Assembly (NCBI GenBank): GCA_001793155.1
Contig: MGHI01000039.1
Span: 1,119-65,118, forward strand
DNA from: Candidatus Woesebacteria bacterium RIFCSPLOWO2_01_FULL_39_61
GTDB lineage: Bacteria; Patescibacteriota; Microgenomatia; UBA8517
Direction: 5' to 3'
Length of the DNA: 64,000 bases
Part shown: in pieces, positions 19,395 to 29,517 of the stretch
Numbering within the stretch: the stretch's first letter is position 1
How the letters are laid out: the number at the start of each line of letters is the position of its first letter
Program-made: the position numbers and the translations under genes
Notes under the pieces: generated by a model
Database searches by the model: none
Told to the model about the DNA's origin: nothing
Seen by the model: the letters and a program-made list of their open reading frames with translations, nothing else

Positions 19395-22088
19395 ATGATA
19401 AAAGCAAAAAGCAAAAACAAGAAAAAAAACGGAAGCAAAAATCTTAGTCTTGAGAGTTTGCAATTTCCTTCATACGAAGAAATAAAGAAAGATATTTTCA
19501 CGAAGATCGGCGAAAAACCTAGCTTACCCGATGATCTTCCCGCCGGAGTATGGACAGAACAATCTCTCAAGGTTTTAACGGAGAGATATTTAAAAAAAGA
19601 CGATCTTGGGAATATTATTGAGACCCCGGAGGAGATGTGTTGGCGTGTAGCATGGGATATCGCATCAGCCGAAGTTCGTTGGGGAAAAGGTAAGACCGAA
19701 ATTACAAAGATTGCAAGAGAGTTTTATCAACTTTTAGTCTCTCACGATTTTTTGCCTAATTCGCCCACCTTAATGAATGCCGGTACTGATAATGGGCTTC
19801 AATACTCTGCTTGTTTTGTGTTACCGGTGGAAGACTCTCTTGTCGGAATTTTTGACGCTATAAAATACCAGGCGCTTATCCACCAAACTGGAGGGGGAAC
19901 AGGGTTTGCCTTCAGTCGTTTAAGACCTCAAGGGTCGGTGGTCCGCTCGAGTCGCGGAACCGCGTCGGGTCCTGTTTCTTTTATGCGCATATTTGATGCG
20001 GCGACCAATGAAATTAAGCAGGGAGGTAAACGTCGCGGTGCCAATATGGGAATATTGAGAGTTGACCACCCCGATATTATGGAATTTATCCATTGTAAAG
20101 AAGAAGGTGGGATAACCAACTTTAACATTTCCGTTGCAGTAACAGATGTGTTTATGGAAGCGTATAAGAGAGGTTCGGACTACGACCTAATTGATCCCCA
20201 TAACGGGAAAGTGGTGGGAAAACTGAATGCCCGAAGCGTTTTTGATGAAATAGCCGACGGAGCTTGGAAAACAGGAGACCCAGGATTGGTATTTATCGAT
20301 AGAGTTAATGCGGGTAGTGCAAATCCGGTCCCATCCCTAGGTCCGGTGGAATCCACAAACCCCTGCGGCGAACAACCGCTTTACCCTTATGATTCCTGCA
20401 ATTTGGGAAGTATATTTCTAACATATTTTGTAAAAGCTACGGACGGTAAGAAAGAAGTTGATTGGGAAAAATTGAGGAAAGCAACCCGATTAAGTACCAG
20501 ATTTTTGGATAATGTCATCGAAATGAATCCATATCCGTTGGAGTCGATAAGAAAGATTTCACTGGCAATACGAAGGATCGGACTCGGGGTTGGCGGCTGG
20601 GCAGATATGCTAATTGAACTTGGTATTCCTTACGACAGTCGGGAAGCGTTAAAGCTCGGAGAAAAAATAATGAAAGTAATCCAGGAAGAGGCCGTTGATG
20701 CCTCGAAAAATCTGGCGAAAGAAAGAGGTCCTTTCCCAATGTGGCCGGTAAGTACATATAAAAACCAAGAACCCCGTAGAAATTCTACAGTAACAACTAT
20801 TGCTCCAACGGGTACAATTTCGATTATCGCCGGCGCATCAAGCGGAATTGAGCCTATTTTTGCTTTAGCCTATCAGCATATTGTCAAGGATAAGCATCTT
20901 GATCGGACACTTTCTTTTATTAATCCGAAATTTGAGGAAGTTGCAAAGCAAAGAGGTTTTTGGTCAGAGGGAATAAAGGATAAGGTCGTAGAACACGGAG
21001 TCATAAGAGGCATTAATGAAGTTCCTGAAGATGTTAGGCAAGTATTTGGAACAGCCCATGAGATTCATCACGACTGGCATATAAAACACCAGGCTGTCTT
21101 TCAGAAATATACAGAGAATGCCGTGAGTAAAACTATAAATATGGCAAATAGCATTAAGGTGAATGACATTAAGAAAGCCTACTTACTTGCCTGGGAAACG
21201 GACTGCAAGGGCATAACGGTTTTCAGAGACGGTTGTAAAGAGACCCAGGTTCTTAATTTGGGGGTAAAGGATAAGGAAAAAGATGTTTTTCAGGAAGCAA
21301 AAGACCCGACACTTATTCGGCCTTTTGTAGTTCGGGGATCGACGTACCGCCTGGAGACTCCCGTAGGCAGAGCATTTGTTACCATTAATCAGGACGAAAG
21401 CGGAGAGCCTTTGGAAGTCTTTATCAACGTCGGAAAGGCGGGAAGTGATGTTACGGCTATGGCTGAGGCATTGGGTCGAACCATTTCCACCTCTTTAAGG
21501 TTCAGAGGACACCTCGCTCCCAGAGAAAAAGCTAAAGAGATTGCCTTACAGCTTTCGGGAATCGGTGGAAGGCGGTCGGTTGGGTTTGGTTCGAGAAAAA
21601 TTCTATCTTTGCCAGATGCCGTTGCCGCAGCAATCTCGACACATTTCGGTTTTAAGATAAACGGCTATCAAGCCGGGTTTGCGGGTGATTCAAGTTTTCT
21701 AAATCTTAAAAAGGCAATCGACGGTAGTGGGAAAATTTTAACTGTTGAGGCCCAGTCAGATTCGGCTGGAGCTGTTATGTCGGCACAAATTTCCGGCGTG
21801 ATGCCGGATACCTCCCCCCTGGGGAGTGATGACCACACAATGGCTTCGGCTGAGTCTCACTTGGCCTCAACCCAGTCAGACTCGACCTCAACCGAGTTGG
21901 ATTCTTCAACGGCCTTGTTTGAATCGACTCCGACAAACGGTAACGGATTAGAAGAATCCTTTACCACCCAGCTTTCATTGACTAGTCCAAAAGTATCTGG
22001 CGATATTTGTCCCTCCTGCGGCGCTTCAGCGCTTGTAAATGAGGAAGGCTGCTCCAAGTGCCACGTTTGTGGCTATTCTGAATGCTAA
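19395..22088 (+). CDS. nrdJ: class II (adenosylcobalamin-dependent) ribonucleotide reductase with an S/T-rich linker and C-terminal zinc ribbon
   Basis: NPCGEQPL active-site region, large RNR barrel, C-terminal CPSCG...CSKCHVCG. Confidence 0.85.
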   Translation: MIKAKSKNKKKNGSKNLSLESLQFPSYEEIKKDIFTKIGEKPSLPDDLPAGVWTEQSLKVLTERYLKKDDLGNIIETPEEMCWRVAWDIASAEVRWGKGKTEITKIAREFYQLLVSHDFLPNSPTLMNAGTDNGLQYSACFVLPVEDSLVGIFDAIKYQALIHQTGGGTGFAFSRLRPQGSVVRSSRGTASGPVSFMRIFDAATNEIKQGGKRRGANMGILRVDHPDIMEFIHCKEEGGITNFNISVAVTDVFMEAYKRGSDYDLIDPHNGKVVGKLNARSVFDEIADGAWKTGDPGLVFIDRVNAGSANPVPSLGPVESTNPCGEQPLYPYDSCNLGSIFLTYFVKATDGKKEVDWEKLRKATRLSTRFLDNVIEMNPYPLESIRKISLAIRRIGLGVGGWADMLIELGIPYDSREALKLGEKIMKVIQEEAVDASKNLAKERGPFPMWPVSTYKNQEPRRNSTVTTIAPTGTISIIAGASSGIEPIFALAYQHIVKDKHLDRTLSFINPKFEEVAKQRGFWSEGIKDKVVEHGVIRGINEVPEDVRQVFGTAHEIHHDWHIKHQAVFQKYTENAVSKTINMANSIKVNDIKKAYLLAWETDCKGITVFRDGCKETQVLNLGVKDKEKDVFQEAKDPTLIRPFVVRGSTYRLETPVGRAFVTINQDESGEPLEVFINVGKAGSDVTAMAEALGRTISTSLRFRGHLAPREKAKEIALQLSGIGGRRSVGFGSRKILSLPDAVAAAISTHFGFKINGYQAGFAGDSSFLNLKKAIDGSGKILTVEAQSDSAGAVMSAQISGVMPDTSPLGSDDHTMASAESHLASTQSDSTSTELDSSTALFESTPTNGNGLEESFTTQLSLTSPKVSGDICPSCGASALVNEEGCSKCHVCGYSEC

Positions 22089-22093
22089 TCGTA

Positions 22094-24231
22094 TGTTAGT
22101 TAAGAAAGTTCTTAAATTAAGTGGTACAAAAGAAGATTTCTCCTCGTTAAAAATATCCCAAAGTATTTGGCAAGCTGCACAAAAAGTCGGAGGAAATGAT
22201 AAAAATCTTTCCTATCAGTTGGGTACCGAAGTAGTAACCACGCTGACTAAAAAATATCCCAATGGTGAAATTATTAAAACAAGTGAAATAGGTGAGTTAG
22301 TTGAAAAAGTTTTAATAGAACACGGTCATGCAAAAACCGCCAAGGAATTTATCCGCTACAGAGAAAACAAAAAACACGCTCTTCAGGATAAAGAAAGCCT
22401 GGGAATTAATGATGATATCGGTCTTTCTTATAACACTCTTTATATATTAAAGGAGCGTTATCTTCGTCGAGACCAAAAGGGGAAAATTACAGAAACACCC
22501 AAAGAAATGATCGAAAGAGTAGCCCGCTTTTTGGCAAAATCCGAAAAAACAAAAAAACTTCAGAAAAAGTGGTATCAGGAGTTTTACAAAATTATGATCA
22601 GTTTTGAGTTTCTTCCGGGCACCCGAACCTTGGCTAATGCTGGTAAAGATTCTCCCCAGCTGGCTAACTGTTTTGTCTGGCCAATGGATGATGATATAGA
22701 CAGAATTTTTGAAATTCTTCACAAATCAACGCTTATCAAGAAAAATGGGGGCGGTTGCGGTTATAACTTTTCAAATATTCGTCCGGAGGGAGACGTTGTC
22801 GGAGGCATTCCCGAACTTGCGGCAGGACCTGTTAAAATGATTGAGATGTTTAATTTGATGACTTCTCTTTTCCGGCAAGAAGGCAAGTACGAGTCAGGCA
22901 ATATGGCAATACTAAATGCCGATCATGCCGATATTTTTAATTTCGTCACTGCCAAACAAAATGACGGATATCTGTCTAAGACCAACATATCTGTAGGCAT
23001 AACGGATGAGTTTATGCAAACTGCTCTCAAAGGGAAGGATTGGGATTTGGTAAATCCCAGAACGGGAGAAGTGGTTAACACCGTCAAAGCAAAGTCGATA
23101 CTCGAGCTTATGGCGACAATGGCTTGGCAGACCGGAGATCCCGGGATAATTAATCTCTCCGCAATTAATAAAGGCACACAATTAGCTAATCCGCTTCTGA
23201 AAAAACGCGGTCCAATTACGGCAACCAATCCCTGCGGCGAGGAACCGTTATTCCCGTTCGAATCCTGCAATTTGGGTTATGTAAATTTTGTGAAGTTTAT
23301 TGAAAACGGTAAGTTTAATTTTAAAAAACTGGCTAGTGTTATGAAGATTGCAGTAAGGCTAATGGATGATGTTATCGACGCCTCAAGATTTCCTGTTAAA
23401 GAAGTAACGGATGCGGTCAGAAACCACAGAAGAATAGGAATTGGAGGAGTTGGTTGGGCGGAAGTTCTTGCAATCTTGGGTATAGCCTACGATAGCGATG
23501 AAGCACTGCTTCTTGCTGAAAAAGTTGCCAAGACAATGTATGAATCGGCATTTGACGCATCCTGTACGGTAGCTAAAGAGAAAGGAGCTTTTCCGCTCGT
23601 ATCCGATTCTATCTGGGCCAATAAAAAGAAAAAGCCGAGAAACGTCGCTTTGATGACCTTTCCGCCTTCATCAGGAAATGCGGTAATTTGCGAAACTTCA
23701 TTCGGGATTGAACCTTATTTCGCCCTCGCCTATGAACAAAACGTTCTTGACGGGATGCGTCTCAGAACTGTTATTCCTTTATTCGTCGAAAAACTTAAAG
23801 AGAGGGGAATTTATTCGGATGAGCTTATCCAAAAAATAATTGATAACCACGGTAGTATCCAGGAAATAAAAGAAATTCCGGCTGATTTAAAGTGTGTATT
23901 TAAGGTAGCCCACGACATCGACTGGAGGGATCATATTAAGATGCAGGCAGCTTTCCAAAAATGGACTGATAATGCGATAACAAAAACCATTAACATGCCA
24001 TCGACAGCCACACCTAACGATATCGAGGAAGCGTATGTGCTGGCCTGGAAGCTGGGATGCAAAGGTTTAACAGTTTACAGGGACAGGACCAAAAAAGACC
24101 AGGTCTTTGAGTTCGGAGGGAACTCGACGGAGGAAAAAATAAAAATGTGTCCGACTTGCGATTTACCCTTAAAGAAAGACAAGAAATGCTACAAATGTTC
24201 CCGATGCGGATTTTCAACCTGTGAATTGTAA
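22094..24231 (+). CDS. class II ribonucleotide reductase paralog with a C-terminal zinc ribbon
   Basis: NPCGEEPLFPFESCNLG, collinear with the upstream NrdJ; ORF track 22039.. trimmed to the ATG at about 22094. Confidence 0.8.
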
Positions 24232-24289
24232 CTTTTAAGAATATAAACTTACTTCTTTGCTCTTTCTCTGCTAGTGATAAAATTGCCAT

Positions 24290-24856
24290 ATGGTTATCTA
24301 CACAAAAAAGGGGGATAAGGGGGAGACGGGGTTATATAGCACATCGCCGCAAAAAATAAGGGTTTCAAAAAACTCTTACCGGATTCATGCCGTGGGAGCG
24401 GTGGACGAGCTTAATTCCTACTTGGGAGTTGTTATTTCGTATTCCGAAGATAGGAAACTAAACAAGATACTTTTGGACATACAAAGAAATTTATTGACGA
24501 TTGGATCAATCTTGGGTGGCTCCAAGTTAAGATTTATTACGGGTAAAGCCAGAAAGTTTGAGAAAATAATCGACGAGTTGGAGGGAAGCCTTCCGCCTTT
24601 AAAAAATTTTATTTTACCCGGAGGAAGCCAAGTAACGGCCCATCTTCATTATGCTCGCTCGGTAGCAAGAAGAATGGAACGGGTTATCGTCAGGTTGGAC
24701 GAGAAAAATCGTATTAAACCGCAAATACTTGTTTATGTAAACCGACTCTCGGATTTTTTGTTTATGCTAGCAAGGCAACAAAGTTTTAAGGAAGGGGTTA
24801 AAGAAGAAATTTGGATCGGAAAAAAGATTAAAGTAACAAGGGATAACAAAAAATAG
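24290..24856 (+). CDS. PduO-type ATP:cob(I)alamin adenosyltransferase
   Basis: N-terminal IYTKKGDKGETGL signature. Confidence 0.8.
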   Translation: MVIYTKKGDKGETGLYSTSPQKIRVSKNSYRIHAVGAVDELNSYLGVVISYSEDRKLNKILLDIQRNLLTIGSILGGSKLRFITGKARKFEKIIDELEGSLPPLKNFILPGGSQVTAHLHYARSVARRMERVIVRLDEKNRIKPQILVYVNRLSDFLFMLARQQSFKEGVKEEIWIGKKIKVTRDNKK

Positions 24857-24926
24857 CCTCGCGTACTATTTACGCCTTAATTCACTTTAAGATTAATCGG
24901 GATTGGTGTTACAATTATTTTGATAT

Positions 24927-25289
24927 ATGGCTACAAATCCAGAAAGACCATCGGAAGGCCAAAGACCACCCGTTACGGAGAGTGTGGTTAAGGAGATTCC
25001 CGAAACCCCCGAGACAACACCCTCTTTACAGGAAGCTGGTGTAACGCCAGTTCCCACGCAAATTACCGCTCAGGTCACGGACGATAAGACTGGGAAACCC
25101 TTAATGCAGTCTCCGTCCACCCAGACAATAACAATTACCATTCCCGCTAGTCCAACTCAGCTGACCGACTGGTCAAAAGGTTCTCCTTCGGACTCACTTA
25201 CCTGGCTTGCAACATTTTGGTTAAGGATAATTAAAAAGGCATTTCATTTTGGCTGGAGGGTACTCGCACAGGGGGGAGGAGCTACCTAA
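24927..25289 (+). CDS. Pro/Thr-rich hypothetical protein
   Basis: 120 aa; low-complexity P/T/S-rich; the stop is immediately before the next gene's ATG. Confidence 0.4.
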   Translation: MATNPERPSEGQRPPVTESVVKEIPETPETTPSLQEAGVTPVPTQITAQVTDDKTGKPLMQSPSTQTITITIPASPTQLTDWSKGSPSDSLTWLATFWLRIIKKAFHFGWRVLAQGGGAT

Positions 25290-25290
25290 T

Positions 25291-27630
25291 ATGTTTAGTG
25301 TAGGATCAATAGATTTTACTTATGTATTTCTAACCCTTCTTTTTTTCGGTTTATTTTTTCTCCTTATTATTGCCGGTGCGGTCATAGGTTTCACAATCTA
25401 TAGATTTAGGGGTCGTGAGGAAAGATCAATTGACTCCGTTTTATTGCAGGTTGCCGTTACAAAAGGTAATGAAATAAAAATTGATGCCATGGAACAACTT
25501 TTTGCTAGTCTTTACTCAATTAAAAAAGGAGGTTGGCAGCAAAAATACACATCCACCCAACCGGCAATTTCTTTCGAATTGGTGGCCCGTCAAGAAGATA
25601 TCCGTTTTTATGTTTGGGTACCGAAAGCTTTTCAAGATCTGATAGAAAAGCAAATACACGGCTCATACTCGGATGCAGAAATTATCGAAGTGCCCGAATA
25701 CAATATTTTTACAGAAGGCTATAAAGTGGCCTATAAATCGCTCCAATTGAAGAAAGAAAATTATTATCCGCTAAAGACGTTTAAGGATTTACCAACCGAC
25801 CCGCTTGCAACTATAACTTCAGCTCTGGCAAAGATGGGGAAAGACGAAGGGGCAGCAATTCAGATACTTATTTCACCTTCCGATAGCGAGTGGCAAAAGA
25901 CCGGGAGTAATTATATTTCGCAAATTAAAAAGCAGGAATCCGATCCGGAAAAAGCAAAATTCTCGATTCCCGCCAAAACTTTAGAGGCGATTGAAAATAA
26001 AGTTTCCAAACCCGGTTTTGAGACAAGCATTCGAATTGTCTGTGTATCCGAAAATGAGTCTTCCGCTAATGCGCACCTAACCAATATTGTGAGTGCTTTC
26101 GAATCGTTTGCGGGGGATATGAACTCGCTTGGAGCCAGAAAAATAAGAAGGAAGGGAACTTTTGTGGAGGATTTCCTATACAGATACCACCCCATGTTTC
26201 ATTTTCTGGGAAACCGTGCAACAATTCTTAATTCTGAAGAATTGGCAACGATATTTCATTTCCCCAATAAGTTAATCACTACCCCACACATATATTGGCT
26301 TTATTCAAAACGTGCTCCGGCGCCGGCTGAGGTTCCGACCGAAGGCCTTTATCTTGGAAAAAGTCAATACAGAGGTATGGAAAAACTGGTTCATATTTCA
26401 GAACCCGATAGAATGCGCCACGTCTATATTATCGGGGCGACAGGAACAGGAAAGTCAGAACTTTTGAAAGATATGATCCTTCAGGATATTAAAGCCGGTC
26501 AGGGTGTTTGCTTTATGGATCCTCACGGCGATGCGGTCGAGGATTTACTTCAGATGATCCCTCCGGAGCGTGCCGAGGATGTTATTTATTTCAGGCCTTC
26601 GGATACAGAACGTCCTATGGGACTTAACTTACTCGAAGCAAATACAGAGGACCAAAAACATTTCGCAGCCACGGCTGTTATTAACATGATGTACAAGCTT
26701 TTTGATCCCTATAAAACCGGAATTGTAGGTCCTAGGTTTGAGCATTCAGTAAGAAACGCCATGCTGACCGCTATGAGCGATGAGGGCAGCACTTTTGTTG
26801 AGGTGATGAGAATATTGACAGACTCGAAATTTGTTCAGGAATTACTTCCCAAAGTTACGGATCCTATTGTCAGACGATTTTGGACGGACCAAATCGCTCA
26901 AACTTCCGACTTCCACAAATCAGAAGTACTGGATTATATAACCTCAAAATTCGGAAGATTCGTCACCAACAAAATGATCAGAAACATAATTGGTCAATCT
27001 AAATCTTCATTCTCGTTCCGAGAAGTAATGGATAACGGCAAAATTCTTTTTGTCAATCTTTCAAAAGGGGAGCTGGGTGAGGAGAACTCTAGTTTCCTCG
27101 GATTGATCTTGGTTCCCAGAATCCTAATGGCGGCAATGAGTAGAGCCGATACTTCCGAGCCCCAGCGTCGGGATTTTTACCTATATGTTGACGAGTTTCA
27201 AAATTTTGCTACACCGGATTTTGCACAAATACTTTCCGAAGCAAGAAAATTTCATTTAGCCCTTTGTGTTGCCAATCAATTCATTGGACAGGTTGACGAA
27301 GAAGTAAAAAATGCGGTATTCGGAAACGTCGGAACGAAAATTGCATTCAGGGTTGGTGTAACGGATGCTAATTATTTAGCCCGCGAGTACACCCCCGTTT
27401 TTAACGAAGAGGATTTGCTAAATATCGAAAGATACCACGCTTACGTAAAAACGATAGTGAATAATGAGCCTGTTCCTCCTTTTTCCATGAGTTTACTCAA
27501 AGACATGAATAAGCAAAGGGAGACAATGAATCCCAAAGTTGCAGAGATAATTAAAGAAATGAGCAGGCTAAAGTACGGGCGCGATGTGAGATTGGTTGAT
27601 TCGGAAATTGCAAGACGTGCCAAGTTATAG
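25291..27630 (+). CDS. type IV coupling-protein-like ATPase (VirD4/TraG/TraD-like, DUF87-type)
   Basis: N-terminal TM; Walker A (GATGTGKSE), a DPHGD box and a Walker B (LYVDEFQNF) in the T4CP arrangement. Confidence 0.55.
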   Translation: MFSVGSIDFTYVFLTLLFFGLFFLLIIAGAVIGFTIYRFRGREERSIDSVLLQVAVTKGNEIKIDAMEQLFASLYSIKKGGWQQKYTSTQPAISFELVARQEDIRFYVWVPKAFQDLIEKQIHGSYSDAEIIEVPEYNIFTEGYKVAYKSLQLKKENYYPLKTFKDLPTDPLATITSALAKMGKDEGAAIQILISPSDSEWQKTGSNYISQIKKQESDPEKAKFSIPAKTLEAIENKVSKPGFETSIRIVCVSENESSANAHLTNIVSAFESFAGDMNSLGARKIRRKGTFVEDFLYRYHPMFHFLGNRATILNSEELATIFHFPNKLITTPHIYWLYSKRAPAPAEVPTEGLYLGKSQYRGMEKLVHISEPDRMRHVYIIGATGTGKSELLKDMILQDIKAGQGVCFMDPHGDAVEDLLQMIPPERAEDVIYFRPSDTERPMGLNLLEANTEDQKHFAATAVINMMYKLFDPYKTGIVGPRFEHSVRNAMLTAMSDEGSTFVEVMRILTDSKFVQELLPKVTDPIVRRFWTDQIAQTSDFHKSEVLDYITSKFGRFVTNKMIRNIIGQSKSSFSFREVMDNGKILFVNLSKGELGEENSSFLGLILVPRILMAAMSRADTSEPQRRDFYLYVDEFQNFATPDFAQILSEARKFHLALCVANQFIGQVDEEVKNAVFGNVGTKIAFRVGVTDANYLAREYTPVFNEEDLLNIERYHAYVKTIVNNEPVPPFSMSLLKDMNKQRETMNPKVAEIIKEMSRLKYGRDVRLVDSEIARRAKL

Positions 27631-27645
27631 CAGCATTCGATAAAA

Positions 27646-27665
27646 CCCCGCCCTTCAAAGCGGGG
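27646..27665 (+). terminator. GC hairpin (ccccgc-N8-gcgggg) after the T4CP-like gene
   Basis: Read directly; no strong T-run, so weak. Confidence 0.3.
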
Positions 27666-27786
27666 AGGATGTCATAAGAAATCTTGCGATTTCTTGGCAC
27701 TTGGCAAAAGCCAATTGTAGAAAAATCTTGCAATTTTTGTAGCACCTGGTTTTTTGAAACTAGTTGTAATAAACTCCATAAGGATT

Positions 27787-28647
27787 ATGGCAAAAATCGG
27801 AGTCATTGGCTGGGGTTATGTCGGGGCAGCTACCGGTAAAGGATTTTTGAAGAATAAAAAAAACAAGGTTTATTGGTACGATAAATACAAAAAAAGCCCT
27901 TATACCTTCGAGGAAGTATTAAATAGTTCCGAGTTCATTTTTGTTTGTCTTCCGACTCCGATGCTGCGTGACTATTCGGGCATGGATATGAGTGTTGTAA
28001 AAGAGGTTGTCCACAAAATTGCCAAAGGACTGGAACATTCAAATAAGGTAGTAATTATTAAATCTACCGTTTTGCCGGGAACTACTCTGAGTTTTTCAAA
28101 AAAATTTCCAAGAGTACACTTTGCAATGAATCCTGAATTTCTAACCCAGGAGCATGCCAACGAAGACTTTTTAAATCCCTCAAGGACGATAATTGGAGTA
28201 AATGATAAGAGGGTAGGTGAACGAATAAAAAAGCTTTATAAGAGTATTTTACCGGGTGGTCGGAAATATTTTATTACTGATTTCACATCCGCAGAGCTTG
28301 CAAAATATATGAGCAATTTGGTTTTAGCTTCCAAAGTCCTTCTAGCTAACGAATTTTATTTTTTAGCCAAAAAAATCGGAGCCAGATACGACCAAGTTAG
28401 ACAAATGGTTGAAGCTGACCACCGGATTGGTACACATCTGAAAACACCAGGTCCAGATGGGGATTTTGGGTTCGGAGGAGCTTGTTTTCCAAAAGACATG
28501 CTCGGACTTTTAGCATTTGCTAAGAAAAAAGGAGTTGATGTGTCAGCTCTTGATGCTATTTGGAAAAAGAATTTAAAGATAAGAAAGCAGCGGGATTGGG
28601 AAAAAATGGACAATGCCTTTGGCCGTGGAGCTTCAAAAAAGAATTAG
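27787..28647 (+). CDS. UDP-glucose/GDP-mannose dehydrogenase family protein (apparently lacks the C-terminal UDP-binding domain)
   Basis: N-terminal Rossmann loop (IGVIGWGYVG) and catalytic GFGGACFPKD motif; only 287 aa. Confidence 0.55.
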   Translation: MAKIGVIGWGYVGAATGKGFLKNKKNKVYWYDKYKKSPYTFEEVLNSSEFIFVCLPTPMLRDYSGMDMSVVKEVVHKIAKGLEHSNKVVIIKSTVLPGTTLSFSKKFPRVHFAMNPEFLTQEHANEDFLNPSRTIIGVNDKRVGERIKKLYKSILPGGRKYFITDFTSAELAKYMSNLVLASKVLLANEFYFLAKKIGARYDQVRQMVEADHRIGTHLKTPGPDGDFGFGGACFPKDMLGLLAFAKKKGVDVSALDAIWKKNLKIRKQRDWEKMDNAFGRGASKKN

Positions 28648-28703
28648 TTCAGCTTTCAATCTTAGTATTTTAGCTTCATGTTCTGATATAATAAATCCAC
28701 TTT

Positions 28704-28776
28704 GGATGCGTAGCTCAATGGTTAGAGCACCAACCTTATAAGTTGGGGGTTCCTGGTTCGAGCCCAGGCGCATCCA
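28704..28776 (+). tRNA. tRNA-Ile with anticodon TAT (UAU)
   Basis: Hand-folded cloverleaf: 7-bp acceptor GGATGCG/CGCATCC, D-arm TAGCTCAATGGTTAGAGC (Ile-like), anticodon stem CCAAC/GTTGG, loop CTTATAA, T-loop TTCGAGC, discriminator A. Confidence 0.75.
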
Positions 28777-28794
28777 CTTTACTTTCAATCTTAA

Positions 28795-29517
28795 ATGAAG
28801 AAACTCCTAGACATATCAAAACTTACACCCAAAAAACTTCACTTACTGGGCAGTAACGCCAGAGAAAAAGATAATCACCTAGGTGCGTTACAATACTTAG
28901 ACCACGCCATTATCGGTTATCAGAGAGAGAATAATTATGAGGGGATAGTAGATGCTTTAAAGGACAGAACCCTAACCTGGAAACGTTTCTTTTTGTTGAC
29001 GCAGGACAGGGTATTCGCAATTTTGGCCAGGAAGGATGCTGAAACAATGCTTGAAATCACAAAAGAAAAAGATTTAAAAAATAAGTACTCAACGTCATAT
29101 TTTAGATTGGGAGAAGTGAGTATGCTTTTTGAAAATTATCAGGATGCTATAAAAAACTATAAAAAGGCTTTAGAAGTTTACGAAGGGAGTTTGGCTGAGA
29201 AAGGGGACTTTCGCTATCATTTGGGAGAAGCAGTTTACCGCAATGGCAAAAAGAAACAAGGTAAAGAAGTTATGCTTGAGGGATTAAATGAGATAAGAAA
29301 GGGCGCTAAAAAAGTTCCTAACTTTCTTATTCATGTTTGGGAATCTGGGTGTCATTTGAGGCTTGCCCGGCTTTTAAGAGTAGACGAACCTAAGGAAGCT
29401 CAAAAATATTTAGAGTTAGCCAAGAAAATAATAAACGATGATGAGAAGTTAGTTATTAGGAAAAGACAATTAAATGAGGTGGAGAAGTCCTTTTTGGAAA
29501 GTAAAAAGAGTTTTTAA
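28795..29517 (+). CDS. hypothetical helical-repeat (TPR-like) protein
   Basis: 240 aa. Confidence 0.4.
   Translation: MKKLLDISKLTPKKLHLLGSNAREKDNHLGALQYLDHAIIGYQRENNYEGIVDALKDRTLTWKRFFLLTQDRVFAILARKDAETMLEITKEKDLKNKYSTSYFRLGEVSMLFENYQDAIKNYKKALEVYEGSLAEKGDFRYHLGEAVYRNGKKKQGKEVMLEGLNEIRKGAKKVPNFLIHVWESGCHLRLARLLRVDEPKEAQKYLELAKKIINDDEKLVIRKRQLNEVEKSFLESKKSF

Noticed and set aside
24927-25289. Idea that the Pro/Thr-rich ORF is the N-terminal part of the T4CP-like ATPase (a frameshifted single gene)
   Set aside because: A clean TAA stop is followed 1 nt later by an ATG with a GGGGGAGGA RBS, and the ATPase has its own N-terminal TM segment. I treat them as two genes, although a sequencing frameshift cannot be excluded.
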